A stretch of 64,000 nt of DNA from Botryllus schlosseri (lineage: Eukaryota), in the NCBI GenBank assembly GCA_051294905.1, contig CM119375.1:310001-374000 (forward strand), read 5' to 3'. Below the pieces are notes generated by a model. That model was given only the letters and a program-made list of their open reading frames with translations. It did no database searches and had not been told where the DNA came from. Numbering within the stretch: position 1 is the first letter of the stretch; each line of letters starts with the position of its first letter. This document shows positions 23,901-35,900 of the stretch, one piece after another. Made by a program: the position numbers and the translations under genes.

Positions 23901-25937
23901 CCACCGAGTCATACTGATTTTCACTGTTCAGTCTTGAGTTCAAGTCATTCTTTACGACTCTACTCGGGTGAAACGAATCTCTCGCATTCATAATATGCTC
24001 ATTTGTCTCACTCTTAACCATCAGTGATAGTCGGTACAGAAATACTTCTACTCTGCCGAAGAACTCGATCAGATTGTGCCTACTTGGTACAAGTAGTTTT
24101 TTACAACTATTTCTAATTGACAGTTTTCAGATTTTTAGGCAAAACTAAGGCATATACTTTTTTTGGTTGCCGGTGAACTCGGACCTTGGTGAACCCGGCC
24201 TTACAAACTCGGCCCTCGGTGAACTCGGCCCTCGGTGAATTCCGCCCTTGGGAAATTTTGTAATTAAGTGTATTAACAAGTATTAATATGAATTATTAAA
24301 CTAATAATGTTATTATCAACTGATTTGTCAATCTGTAGGTTGAGGTGGGGTGTTAGGGTTGGGTAGGCGTAGGGTAGGGGGGAAGGGAGACATTAGGGTT
24401 AGGGGAGTGGGACATTAGGGTTGGGGTAGGATATTAGGAATGGGGTGGCATTAGGGTTGGGGAGGGAAATATTAGGGTCGGGGAAGGGGGTGGCATTAGG
24501 ATTGGGGGAGGGATATATTAGGGTTGGGGAAGGAGGACATTAGGGTTGGGGTGGGGGATATTGGGGTTGGTGGTGGGTTAGGGTCCAAGTTGGGGTTAAG
24601 GTATCCCAAGATTAGGGTTAGGGGAAGAGGGACATTAGGGTTGGGGGAGGGAAATATTAGGGTTGGGTAAGAGGGACAATGGGATTGAGGTATGGTATTA
24701 GGGTTGGGGGAGGGGATATTGGGGGTGGGGGATATTAGGGTTTGGGAAGGAGGACATTAGGGTTGGGGGTGGGAGACATTAGGGTTGGTGGTGGGTTAGG
24801 GCCCAAGTTGGGGTTAAGGTATCCCAAGATTAGGGTTAGGGGAGGAGGGACATTAGGGTTAGGGTTGGCGGCGGCATTAGGGTTGGCGAAGGGGGGATAT
24901 TAGGGTTGGAGGAGGAGATAGTCGGGTTGGTGGTGGGTTAGGGTCCAAGTTAGGGTATCCCAAGATTAGGGTGTCCTGACATGAATATCCACCAGTCATA
25001 TTATCTAGGGTTACCATATTTTGGAAGTCTGAAACGAGGACCACATTTTCATTTATAGTTACGGAATCAGTGCGACAGTAGCTTTTGATCAAGACCAAAT
25101 TCAGTAAATTTTGTTTTGATACAAAATTCACCGAGGGCCGAGTTCACCGAAGTAGTTCACTGGTAATCCTTTTTTTACTTGCTTCAAAATCGCTACTTTA
25201 CCCGAGTACAAATTTGCTTCTACTTTTACTTGATTACCAACAAAGACCACTTTAACCAACTCTACTCTAAAAGACAGTTTCAGCAGAAGCGATTGGTCTC
25301 GAGGCGTAGGCCTGTGACTTGGTGACCTTGGTCGAGTCATGGCTCAATACACTACACATATTTACTCAAGCCTAGTTGAGTATTTTCTAAAATTAGAAAA
25401 ATGACCAGAGTCACCGAAAAATTTTGACTCGAGTCGAGTCATTACAATCCTGCTCTGCATTCACCTCCAGCACGGATCTGACCATCTTCGATTTGTCCTC
25501 AGTTTCAGGAGTCTGAGAAATATCTCGCGCGTCTCTTTCTTCCACTCCAGCGTTCTTCTTGTATTCGGCAGGCTTAGAGTCGGTCCCTGAAAAGCCCCTG
25601 CTAGAATTACACTGAACCATCATTTCTAATTGATTCACCTACGCCACCACGATCGTGAAATGCAATTATACTTGGAAATGAGTTTAACAAGAAATGACCC
25701 AACTGCACTGGCAAGTGGCATTGCCATTGCGGTGTTTGGTGGGTGTAATTGGAATGACTTTATTTTATTCATTTAAATTCTGATTTAATAGATATCGAAT
25801 CTGATAGTAAGAGAACCGAGATTACCTCCGGTCTTTAGTTTATGTTGTTTTCTGATCACATCACTGGACGACGAACTTGCTTTCCGCGACGTAACTTCCT
25901 GCTGTTTCTTGAACAGCTCCGATTGGAGAGAGTACAT
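20938..25937 (-). CDS. CCDC174: Coiled-coil domain-containing protein 174, about 478 aa; exons 25826-25937, 25465-25586, 23552-23720, 22890-23018, 20938-21842
   Basis: SLQSELFKKQQE, LEAKSRLYEKM, EFLVDFEKK, VEYVDGLGRTR, KTLLSDDMRREMEREKWEEE, IHYE.LRAGEVRELGVGYYSF, IREWDKDK, EFAPPS match the CCDC174 blocks in order; GT-AG introns with consistent phases. Confidence 0.92.
24165..25169. mobile_element. About 1-kb non-autonomous DNA element with a telomere-like (TTAGGG-rich) core, in CCDC174 intron 2
   Basis: TIR GGTTGCCGGTGAACT / AGTTCACTGGTAATCC, subterminal GGTGAACTCGGCCC repeats, T7 tract on both flanks; core 24340-24975 has more than 20 TTAGGG hexamers. Confidence 0.75.
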
Positions 25938-26559
25938 CGACGATTTTTAGCTAATGTTAGCCAAGATATGTTTCTGTCAAGAGCAGAATTATTAACCAGG
26001 ACGCACTGGCGCAGCTTCATTGTTATTGAGATGACTGGAAATGTATTATTCGTCCTGGAGAAATTTTGCATTCGTGATCAGGTGCAACATCATGAAGAAT
26101 CACGTAAAACACTCTTATTGGACCTATGTCGTACGTCCGGAAAGCGGAAAAAAAAAAACGCGTCTCGTACTTGAAATAAACTAGAGCAGATACAACCATG
26201 GTCCTGGTCCCCCATTTTCCAGAATTATCAGTTAAAGTAGAATGAAAAGTAAAGCTTCATAAGATTGGACCACAGTTAGCAAACGCAGTAGATCATTTCG
26301 CTGGTTTGAAATGTAGCCTAATATAGTCAGTTGGACAGCAACAGTACCTCGACCACCGGTCGACTGTAGTACAAACAGGATGTGCTTACTTTGGGGAGAT
26401 AAAACACAGTAGCAGTATCGATTACTGAACATCTGATGTCCCATTAATCATCTCTCCGTTTAGTGCTTCCAATTCCTATTATGATGGTTAGCAAATTGAC
26501 ACGACTACTGTTTTATATCATATATTCGAGGTTCATCATCATTCATCATCATTGGTTTA

Positions 26560-26850
26560 TTAGCAATTTGATCAGTTCAATACACCACAAAAAATGCGAT
26601 ACAATGAAAAGACAGGAAGATGTCGAAGCGACTTGGAGTAGTCTATGGAATCAGACACCCACCTTACCTTGGCCTAGGCGATGTCAAGAGGCGGCATGCA
26701 CACTGAATGAAAGTAAAGAAGATAGTATAGAAAAAGAAAGCGCCAAGAATAGGACAGCATGCCATGGAAAGCGAGATCGATAGGTCAGTCGTGGTCCGGT
26801 AATCTTGATGATGGACTGTATTTATTTAGTAGTAATTGCTTGTATTACAA
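26560..26850 (-). mobile_element. 5'-truncated CR1/L2-group LINE (3' UTR and ORF2 end)
   Basis: Matches 53650-53940 in reverse; ends in a TGATGA-type tail; a second tail at 26930-27010. Confidence 0.8.
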
Positions 26851-28490
26851 CTGATCTGTACCATAGAAGTGCTGTAACACAGCGTATTCATTTTAACGGT
26901 AGATGGGCTGAGTAAACCATACGAGATCATCGTCGTTTTATTAGCAATTTTATCAGTTCAATACACCACAAAAATGCGATACAATGAAAAGACAGGAAAA
27001 TGTCGAAGCGACTGGTCATGGTCATATCTTTATCTTCAGCCAAACTGTTCATTCTTGACGAACCAATAAATTGTCTGTTTGCCTAACAGTCGGGTTAAAT
27101 CCTACTTCTGCCGTGAGCACTGCCTAACAAAACTGCTGACTCTCAAAATTGCTTCAGAGATGGAGGCGCATTATATTTTGTGTCAAAACATAGTAAAATT
27201 ACAGAATCAGTATCGATTTTAAATATCACTTGAACTCATAAATCAACAAGATCATTGACAGGGCAAATTGAAACCGTGAAAAAGATTCAATTTACCTTCA
27301 CATAGATCGGAATGTGCAAAAAATGTGTATCCGTTCGGTAGGTAGCATATGAGAGATCAGTTTGAGATCGAATTTAAACAGAAAATGCGATCACAGTAAG
27401 ATATTTTGCATGAAAACGTTGCCCAGACATAACACGGGTGTATCTATTTTGCCAATGTCACCCATGTAGACATATGTGCCACTCACGTGGAATAGCTTCT
27501 GGGAGGTAGAGTACTTCAATATACAATGGAATAATATATTCCAGTAGAATACTGAAAGAGTTCCTGGAGATGTCGAGATGGTAGCCGACATTGGTGCTAA
27601 GTAGAATAATGAAGGAATAGCTACCCCTACCGACATTCACAAAATAGACACACACGCATATGACGGACTTCGTCGAAACTTGATCATCTATCCAGGAGCA
27701 GATTATGAAATATGGGTTATGAAATCGATCAGAAAAAAAAAATTCACATTGAAGAAACCGTGCGGTCGACCTGGATTTCCACGGAATTCGGGGCAGAACG
27801 GGACGAGTTCCCGTTGCTTTCCGTCTCTGTTTGTCGATTGTTCGAAGCTGTTCGATCCGTCACGCTGGTTGACAGCCGTGATGAAACGGAAAGCCGGGCT
27901 CTCTTTCGTATTGGGTACGTGAGACTTGTGTAGTACAAGTACGCCTGGAAAACAAGCAGTGCCGGTTATGGGTCGTTACACCAGGTTTTTTTTGCAATTA
28001 CAAGGACTTGTGAGGAAACTTGTATTACATTACAATCGACTCCGCTTAATTAGGACGGTTTGGTTCTGCTCATTTTAGTACGAATTAAGTGGGAAATCAA
28101 TTGTTCGGTTCATGCCTATTAGGGTTGTTCTAGAATAACTCCGCGGATACACTGACAAAATTGTTTGGCTGATTAAAAAAACGCTGCACACCAAATTTGG
28201 CTCGATTCCGACTCGACACGAGTTTAAAAATTTTGAATTTCAAATTTTCCTCTCTCTCTCATGTTGGACTATATCAGTTCTCGACCATGCGGCAATCTCC
28301 GACAGAGAAAAATAGTTTATGACACCCTAGCAATTTCAGTACCCCCAGCCCCACTTTGAGTACGGTACCCTACTGTGATGACCTATATTACATGCAGTAT
28401 GTAAGGCTTTTATCAATTCAAAAGGGCAGTACAATACATAGTCGGAATAGATCAAGTAATAATTGATTAACTAAATGTAAAGGTATAGAC

Positions 28491-29239
28491 CAGGGGTGGG
28501 CAAACTTTCTAGCTCGCGGGCCGCATTCAACATGTAAATCCATTCGCGGGCCGCACTATATAAAATTGGGATACAAAGCCAAACTACAATATTGTTATTT
28601 GATTATATAGTGACCGATAACATGGAAATAATATGTATTCGTATATTCAAAACAAAACAAACATTGATTAGAGGATAACGTACACGCGTCAGAAACATTG
28701 ACGAGAATTTCTAAGCTGGTCGCCTCATTGTCAAAATTAGGATGGAAGCCCTCTTCCGGATTCATAGAGCTGGATGTAAATTTGAGTCTGTGAGTCTCGA
28801 TCTGTTGATAGATTTGCGGATAGTACTTTGGGTTTAACTCCAGGACACACCATACTGACATAATCATAACCATATTACCTTTAAATACGCTCTAAATACT
28901 TCAACGGATTTATTTAACACACTCGCGAATCGGTTATTCCAAATACAGCACTAAAATTTATAAACTTGCTCGTGTTGCCAATCTAAAATCACACTTGTGG
29001 TCCTTTACGTTTCACTTTCTGTGATGTTCAACAATTGAAACCTTTCATAATGCAAGGGCTATCGTGCCATCAATGAAATCAGAAAAATACTATGGTAAGA
29101 ATATAACTTATCATAATCATGTTGAAATATATTTAATCAAGTACCCACAGTAATTTGATATTACCAATATTTTTATGTTTCTTGTGGCTTTCGCAGGCCT
29201 CACAAAACATTGTTGTGGGCAGTAGTTTGCCCACCCCTG
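28491..29239. mobile_element. hAT-Charlie-type MITE
   Basis: TIRs CAGGGGTGGGCAAACT / AGTTTGCCCACCCCTG; perfect TSD GTATAGAC; GCGGGCCGC subterminal motifs. Confidence 0.92.
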
Positions 29240-29710
29240 GTATAGACACAAGAAATCACCACACCAACATCATATCACAGCCCAGCGGGCAACGGATATA
29301 CTCATAACTCCTTTATCACTTGGGAATCAAGTCTGGGGTTGGGGTGCGTTCAAGTCGGTCTGACACTCATGTATCAAATCATCAGCTTTTCAAATACTAC
29401 TTAGAATTTAGATTTCATTTCATGAAATTCTGTGAATGTCACATATTTGTGGCTTTATGATGTTTGAACAGCTATTTACTCTGGTTTCGGTTGATCAAAA
29501 AGATGGCCATGATCTTATCACCGGTACCAGTCAATAACGATCCAGATGTTTGACCTATCTGTTGACGAAATCCTATCTCTCTTTCATACTATCGCCCCGG
29601 CAAGTTGCAAAACAATGAATTGCTGTGACGTACAGACGGTGTGGTATCAGTGAAGCAATTCATCAAAACCTCAACAAGCAAAACAAAGTCGCTGCCGAAC
29701 GTGCTGTATG

Positions 29711-30110
29711 TTATGGCAATCTCACAAATAAAGAACTAATCTTTACTAAGGGAAAGTGAAACGTGATCTGTGATGCTTAGACCTGCATCAAAACAAGAGC
29801 CCAAACGATGATCAGCACACCTATAATATCGGCTTCGAGAGGTTTAAAAATATCAGCAATCTTTGTGACATGACAACATAGCAGTAGTGAGTCAGACTCA
29901 AGTACTCCAGTAGAAGTAGATCATAAATTTCTACAAGTGGCCACTGGCCATCTCCAAATAAGCAAGTAAACATTCGACGCCTAATTTTGCCCAAAACACA
30001 GAATACTGGTAAGTAGAAGTAATCTAAAATCAAGACCACTTGATTAAAAGTAGTTCTTCATTACTGACCACCTTTGCTTACAGGTGTCCAGATGCAGTCT
30101 TTGTAGTTTA
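29711..30110 (-). pseudogene. Decayed tandem duplicate of the PLPP 3' half (homologues of exons 5-7)
   Basis: KTASGH (30084-30101) mirrors KSFPSGH; IYDLLLLEY resembles IYLELRLKY; TKIADIFKPLEADIIG is a degenerate C3 motif; GGTCTAAGCA..CAG|ATC-x-TTY-x-TTY-CCY last-exon start and downstream blocks align with 32800-32965; frames are broken. Confidence 0.6.
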
Positions 30111-30125
30111 TTTTATGCCCTAAGA

Positions 30126-32248
30126 CAGTGTTTCCCAACCCCGAGTCCGCGGACTCAAAGGTCCTTGGTGAGTCCGCGAACACAGGAATTTTCAGTAACT
30201 TAATCGGCTCGGCACACTTTTTCTTCCACTTCCGATACGATTTCGGAAAATGTAATTGACAGACCTACGGGGCTCGTTCACTTTCGGACCAAAGTCATTG
30301 CAGCCTTACGGAGAAAATAGCTTTTTGGTCCGAAAGTGAATGACCCCCGTCCTGGTCCGGTTTCGTCCAATTCCGATTTGAGAATTAGGCTGAGTGATTT
30401 GCCAAATACCCATTTTGAAATGTTAGTAACCCTAATAGCTGTCATAGAAAATGCATAGATACCTCAAATATGTGACTGGCGGCACTCAACTTCAATAGTG
30501 CTTTCAGAACTACATTCATTGCAGTAGAATCCATTACCTCGGTGACTTTTCGGGTTTCCCTTATCAAGAATTAACGTCACCATAAAAAGGATAAAGAGTT
30601 TGTATACAATCTTTCAATATTCCATTAATATATTCCCCTAATTGTCTGTGTAACGTCTTCTGAGTATCGTATAATTTGATTCTCTATTATCCCTTTATTA
30701 TGACTACCGGAGTACCGGTACAGCTGACTTTGGCCAGCTACCGTTCCTTTTTATCATTGCATTGTTACGTCATATTTCGCCAATTTGGATTTTGTTTGAA
30801 TCTCTTTCTATATGCTTCTTATTGTGCCGTTACCTCTTGTTGATAAGGGGCATACGAAATTCCTGCAAGTTAATAAATTATACTGCAGTGAATGTAGTTT
30901 TGGAAGCAATATTAGAGATACCTCAACAAGCGATGTTTGGCCACGTATATTTCAAACGCAAGAACAACGAAACAGCACCACTACAAATTGATCAGCATTC
31001 CAAGCATTATTGGTTCTCCTGATATTTTCTGTGTCTTGGGCAAACCAGTTGGTTGCAAGTATCACAGGCAAAACGGGTATGCTTTGCACATCTGTCGCAT
31101 CATCCTGGTTTGATACCAATCACGCCAGGTATAAAACCCCAATTATCGCCAACTGGAATTTTTCAAAATGCCCTACATTTATGTTCGAGGTATAGCCTAT
31201 TGCTAAAATTGTCATAAGCAATTTTATCACGGTCATAAACTCTACAATTTTGGTCGGATTCACTTGAATTTAGTACGACCGGACTCGGAATTTAATGCCG
31301 CGTGTTCACTATTAACAATTCACATACAGAATATGCCAGGTATAAACCCCTGCGACAGCTCTTTATACACTACACACGTATGCGGGACCGTAACTGCCGT
31401 ACACCAAACCCCCATAATTGAGGGGGGGACCTCGAAGGGGGGCCAAAATTATTCGTGAATTAATATAAATTATAGAGTGTTTTTTGAAAATTTATGCAAC
31501 TTTTTAGAAAAATTATATCATTATATCATGTTCCGAAACGTCTCGCTCAGCTCGACTGATAAATCTGAATGCATGAGCAGAGATAGCATAAAAAATTTAC
31601 AACTAGATGCAATCCCCGATCATGTCGACCGATTCAATCATGATTATGGAATATTTTCACGCCTCGCGGCTCGCGCGGTTATTCGAAACAAAACGACTGA
31701 ACGAACGGTACAAAAATTTCGCCGAGAAGTAGCGGTAAAAACGTATCGGAGGGGGGGTCTGAGGGTGAAGCCCACCAGAAGTTAGGTTTAAGGCCTGTGT
31801 GGCCCAAGACCAACGTTTTGTTATTGAGGGGGGGGGCTGACGAAGTGCTGTTACGGTCCTGCACGTAGGCACATTGCACAGGTTTCCGGTGCGATATACG
31901 CTGAGTGCTGGTGATTGATTATGGCGACTTGTTCACTTACAGACTATTTGGGAAATTACAAATCGTAGGGACATGTGCTAATCACAGAAACAATCTATAG
32001 TTGTCTAATATAAGTGGAAATCGAGATGTGGTCTGCATTACTGAATAGTTGCTTGAATTGCAAAGCCGACAGATGTGGAAAGACAGATTTAAGAAAGCTT
32101 CCTTGACTCAATTTTAGCTCATTTTTTTGTTGATACCGTATTACACTCCCTTGGAAAAAAAAATTATTCAGTAATATATAGCTTGAGTCCGCGGGTATAC
32201 TGGCGAGCTTGAGATGAGTCCGCGGGTAAAAAAGGTTGAGAACCACTG
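30126..32248. mobile_element. 2.1-kb non-autonomous hAT-Charlie element with a nested insertion
   Basis: TIRs CAGTGTTTCCCAACC / GGTTGAGAACCACTG; perfect TSD CCCTAAGA. Confidence 0.85.
31383..31861. mobile_element. Nested hAT MITE (CAGGACCGTAAC family)
   Basis: TIRs CGGGACCGTAAC / GTTACGGTCCTG; TSD CACGTATG / CACGTAGG; same family as 1834-2681. Confidence 0.85.
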
Positions 32249-32920
32249 CCCTAAGACATCAATAGATGAAAAGCTGTTCAAATACATGCTGTGAAGTTTT
32301 GGAAATGCGCCAAGCCAGATGCCATATCTTTTGAATATCGGCTGGATATATCAGAGTTGTAACCAAGTCACAAGGCTCCGAGTCACAAGTCATTCTCCCT
32401 TTTATAGTTTTGAGTCAAGTCAAGTCATTTTCAATTCACCACCGAGTCAAGTCACCGGTCACCGCGCAGAGGGTCGAGTCCGAGTCATTCTTGGTGATAT
32501 CGAATGGTTCGCATTCATAATATGCTAATTTTCCTCACTTATAGCAGTTTCTGGTCCCATTTTCAAGTAGGCTACCAGTACCAATAGACCAAATTCCCAC
32601 ATTGTGGTTAATTTACTATTATTTTTCGAAATTACAATGACCGTTAGTGTCATGCGCAATGACTCGATCCCAAGTCGAGTCAGTATACAGATCGAGTCGA
32701 GTCATTTCCGTATTTTGAGAAAATGACTCGAGTCATATCGAGTCATCAGAAAAATCGTGACTTGAGTCATTACAACCCTGGATATATGTGGGTTACCAGT
32801 GAAGACGCTGGTTATCAGTGTAGAAATTCCTATGACATACCAAAGTATTTAGAGCGATTCATCAAAATCCTAAGCGAGCAAAACAAAGAATTGAGTGATG
32901 GGCTGCTAACCATGAATTAT

Positions 32921-35900
32921 TCATTTTGAAGGGAAATCGAAAATGATCTGTTCTGCTTAGACCTGGGTTGAGTCAATATAATCAAACTTGACTCACAGAA
33001 AATATCCCGACCACAGTTCCAAGAAAGGCTCCGGCCACAATATCAGTCGCGTGGTGCTTGTTGTCAATGTACCGCGTGCAGCAACACCAGAACGCCCCCG
33101 CCATGATGAACGTCTGGCAACATATTTTCAACATGCGTACCATCTTGTATTTGAGTCGCAATTCCAGATAGATCTGCGAGCAATCACACGCATATCGAGA
33201 GGAAATCAATCAAAACAGACGGGCTTGACTCACGACTGCAAAAACCGCGCAGTACATCGAGAATGATGAATGTCCGGAAGGGAAAGATTTCCTGGAAAAG
33301 GTTAGGGTTAGATTCTTGGGAAACTAGATAATTTAGTTGTCTAATTAGAGCAAAGGACGGTAATGTAATTTTAATCTAATTTGCGAAATATTTCTGATCT
33401 CGTCCCTGGTTTTCCTGAAAAATTCAACAGTAGAACTGTACTGTGCGAGACGAGCCGAGCTTGGTATGAATTCAGTAGTTCTATTTCTAATAATGATTCA
33501 GCTATAATTCTTATCGAACTCCGCATTGTGTTCCGAGCCACCAAGCTTCGTATTGAATTCAATTTTCAAGATTTTGCGAATTCAGTAATTTCAATCTGAT
33601 TCAGAAACAAGTCTTGTAGCTGTAATTCCAACCTAATTTGGTAAAAAAAATGCGTAGCTATCATTTTAATTGCAATGCAATTTAGTAAAAAAAACAGGCT
33701 ATAATTTTAATTCTAACGAGATTTGGAAAAAAAAAACTGTGTAGTTATACTTCTAATTCGTATCTAATCTGGAAGAAACTGTGAAGTTATAATTCAGTAA
33801 TACTAATCTAATTTGGGAAAAAAACTGAAGATGTTATCCTAATTTCAATTTAATTTGACAAAGCTGAAGATTTTCTATTTGCCAACTCTGGTTGCACACC
33901 AGAAAACAGGGATCAAGATACCTGATGTCCACCAGCATTTCCTGGAATTCACTGGCAGAATATCCTGGATAGGTTGTCCGAGTGCATGTGTAATCCAAAT
34001 TATAGACGTGGTCGTTGGTGGAGTTGCATTCTACGCTCGGGATACACACGTCAAGGAACATGGGTCGTAATCGGCCCACCGTCAACTTGCCCGTGTCTGT
34101 GAGTATTTGATTGACCGTTGCACCGACGATGAAGTAGGCTGGAAGGGAGTGGAGATCAGACTTGTGCTAATTAATGGATTTTCAAAATACGCAAAACTGC
34201 AACTAGGAATACTCAATTTTCAAAACTTCCATCTAGAATTGCGTCATTTTTCAAAACTTGCAAGTATAACTAGAACAAATGGCCGTTAAAAAATCCGCAA
34301 TTAACGAACTAAAACACAAGTAAACTAGATTCAATCCCGAAGCAACCCATTCATTCTGATTTCATCGGAATTGGATCAATTTTCACATGAACTGTATAAG
34401 AAATAGGAAGGGCTTCGACATCAACACTCAACCCATGGCCGAATGCAGAATGCCCTACTACAACTAACGGTACCGTTACTGAAAAAACAGTAGTTAGCAG
34501 ACCGAAAACTAACTAGTAACTAGATTGGTAGCATGTTCGAGTCTAGTTGAGACACTTACCATATGCTCGATATAGGCCGACAATGATTGGATGGAAGACT
34601 CCTCGGTGTTTGGGAGGGTAGAGTTTGAAATATGCAAACTCGATGAGGCCAGTCTGAAAATAAGATTATCATCAGAAATTAGTCGTGACTTTTTTCTTGT
34701 CCTGTCCCTGAGTGCCCGAGTGATTAAACTCCAGATTTCGAGTATCAATGAATATGTCATGACATCAGTACAAATAATATAATACCACTTCTGCATCACA
34801 TGAAAGATGATTTGGCATTTTTTGACAGTAACTATTTCACAGCAGCATACTTTGTAATAATGGTGGATTTTAATCATTTCCAGTAACGTGCGTAGCTCCA
34901 TATTACGTTTCGTATGTTGCGACACAACTTATAGAGGTTTTGAGGCTTTTACATTGGAAAATAGTATCAACTCTTAGTGCCAAGGTACGGACAATTTCAG
35001 TACTCGAAAAATCATCGTTTACAGCTTGAATCGAATCATTACAATTAGTACTCGATTTTGATTCGAGCACTCAAACTTTGAAGTACACGGTGCAGTAGTA
35101 TCAACGGCAAATGCAAATAAACGATAACGACACACAAAACAAAGCCGACCAATCACAAGTTATAGAGAAACTCTTTTTGTTGACATAAAACTGGCACGGT
35201 CAACTAAATAATTATGGATTTCAATACTTTTTAATGAAATAATGATCTGCCTCGTGTCAGTGAACATGTCATCATTATAGTCATGTGCACAGGAGAGAAG
35301 TATTCACGTTATAATAATTGTATCACAGGAACGGATGTTGTAAATTGAAGGAACACATGCCTAAGCCTACATGAGCAAATTTTTCTTCAAAAATTAATTA
35401 GCTTTGTAAAACACCTGATTATGAAAATCTTTACAGAACTTTAGTCGTAGTTTTACTACCTGATATACAACAAAGAACATTGCTAGATGCAAATAGTTTT
35501 GGAAACATTTGAACAAAGACAGAAGAACAAGCTGCCTACTTGGAAATACTGATTAGAACCAACAACAAAAGTCGAAGCTGTTCCAGTCACACTGGTGGGC
35601 TACACAAGCTACCGAGCCCTCCTAGCATACACGGTACATAGTTTTAGAAACAAGAGACTCTTGAAATTTAGATTATGCAACTTGAAGGCAAAAAAGTATC
35701 TCAAACGTTAGAATTTTCAACGTGAATTTGAGCACCACACTTGACTACAGACATTAATCAAAATATAATGAGCTTGATAACTTCACATGAAATTTACAAG
35801 AAATACACCAAAATTGCATATCTTCTTTTCATTCACATCCTTTTCTGCAGATTTCTCCGATGTTACTAGGATTTTCACCCCGCATCCTTAACCAGTAAGG

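Noticed and set aside
24340-24975. True telomere or chromosome-fusion relic
   Set aside because: Repeats are degenerate, one-directional and enclosed by transposon TIRs inside an intron.
25856-26071. 71-aa ORF as CCDC174 exon 1
   Set aside because: The CCDC174-like residues are in a different frame (25826-25937).
32800-32860. C/D-box snoRNA (TGATGA..CTGA on the minus strand, also near 29645-29665)
   Set aside because: In the second copy the boxes are only about 9 nt apart, and the similarity is explained by duplication of the PLPP 3' UTR.
33914-33921. U12-type intron (GTATCTTG donor)
   Set aside because: Does not match the GTATCCTT consensus, and no U12 branch site was seen.
34509-34925. 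138-aa ORF as a PLPP exon with a non-canonical acceptor
   Set aside because: The real exon is 34560-34653 in another frame, with a canonical TTTTCAG acceptor, and restores phase with the next exon.
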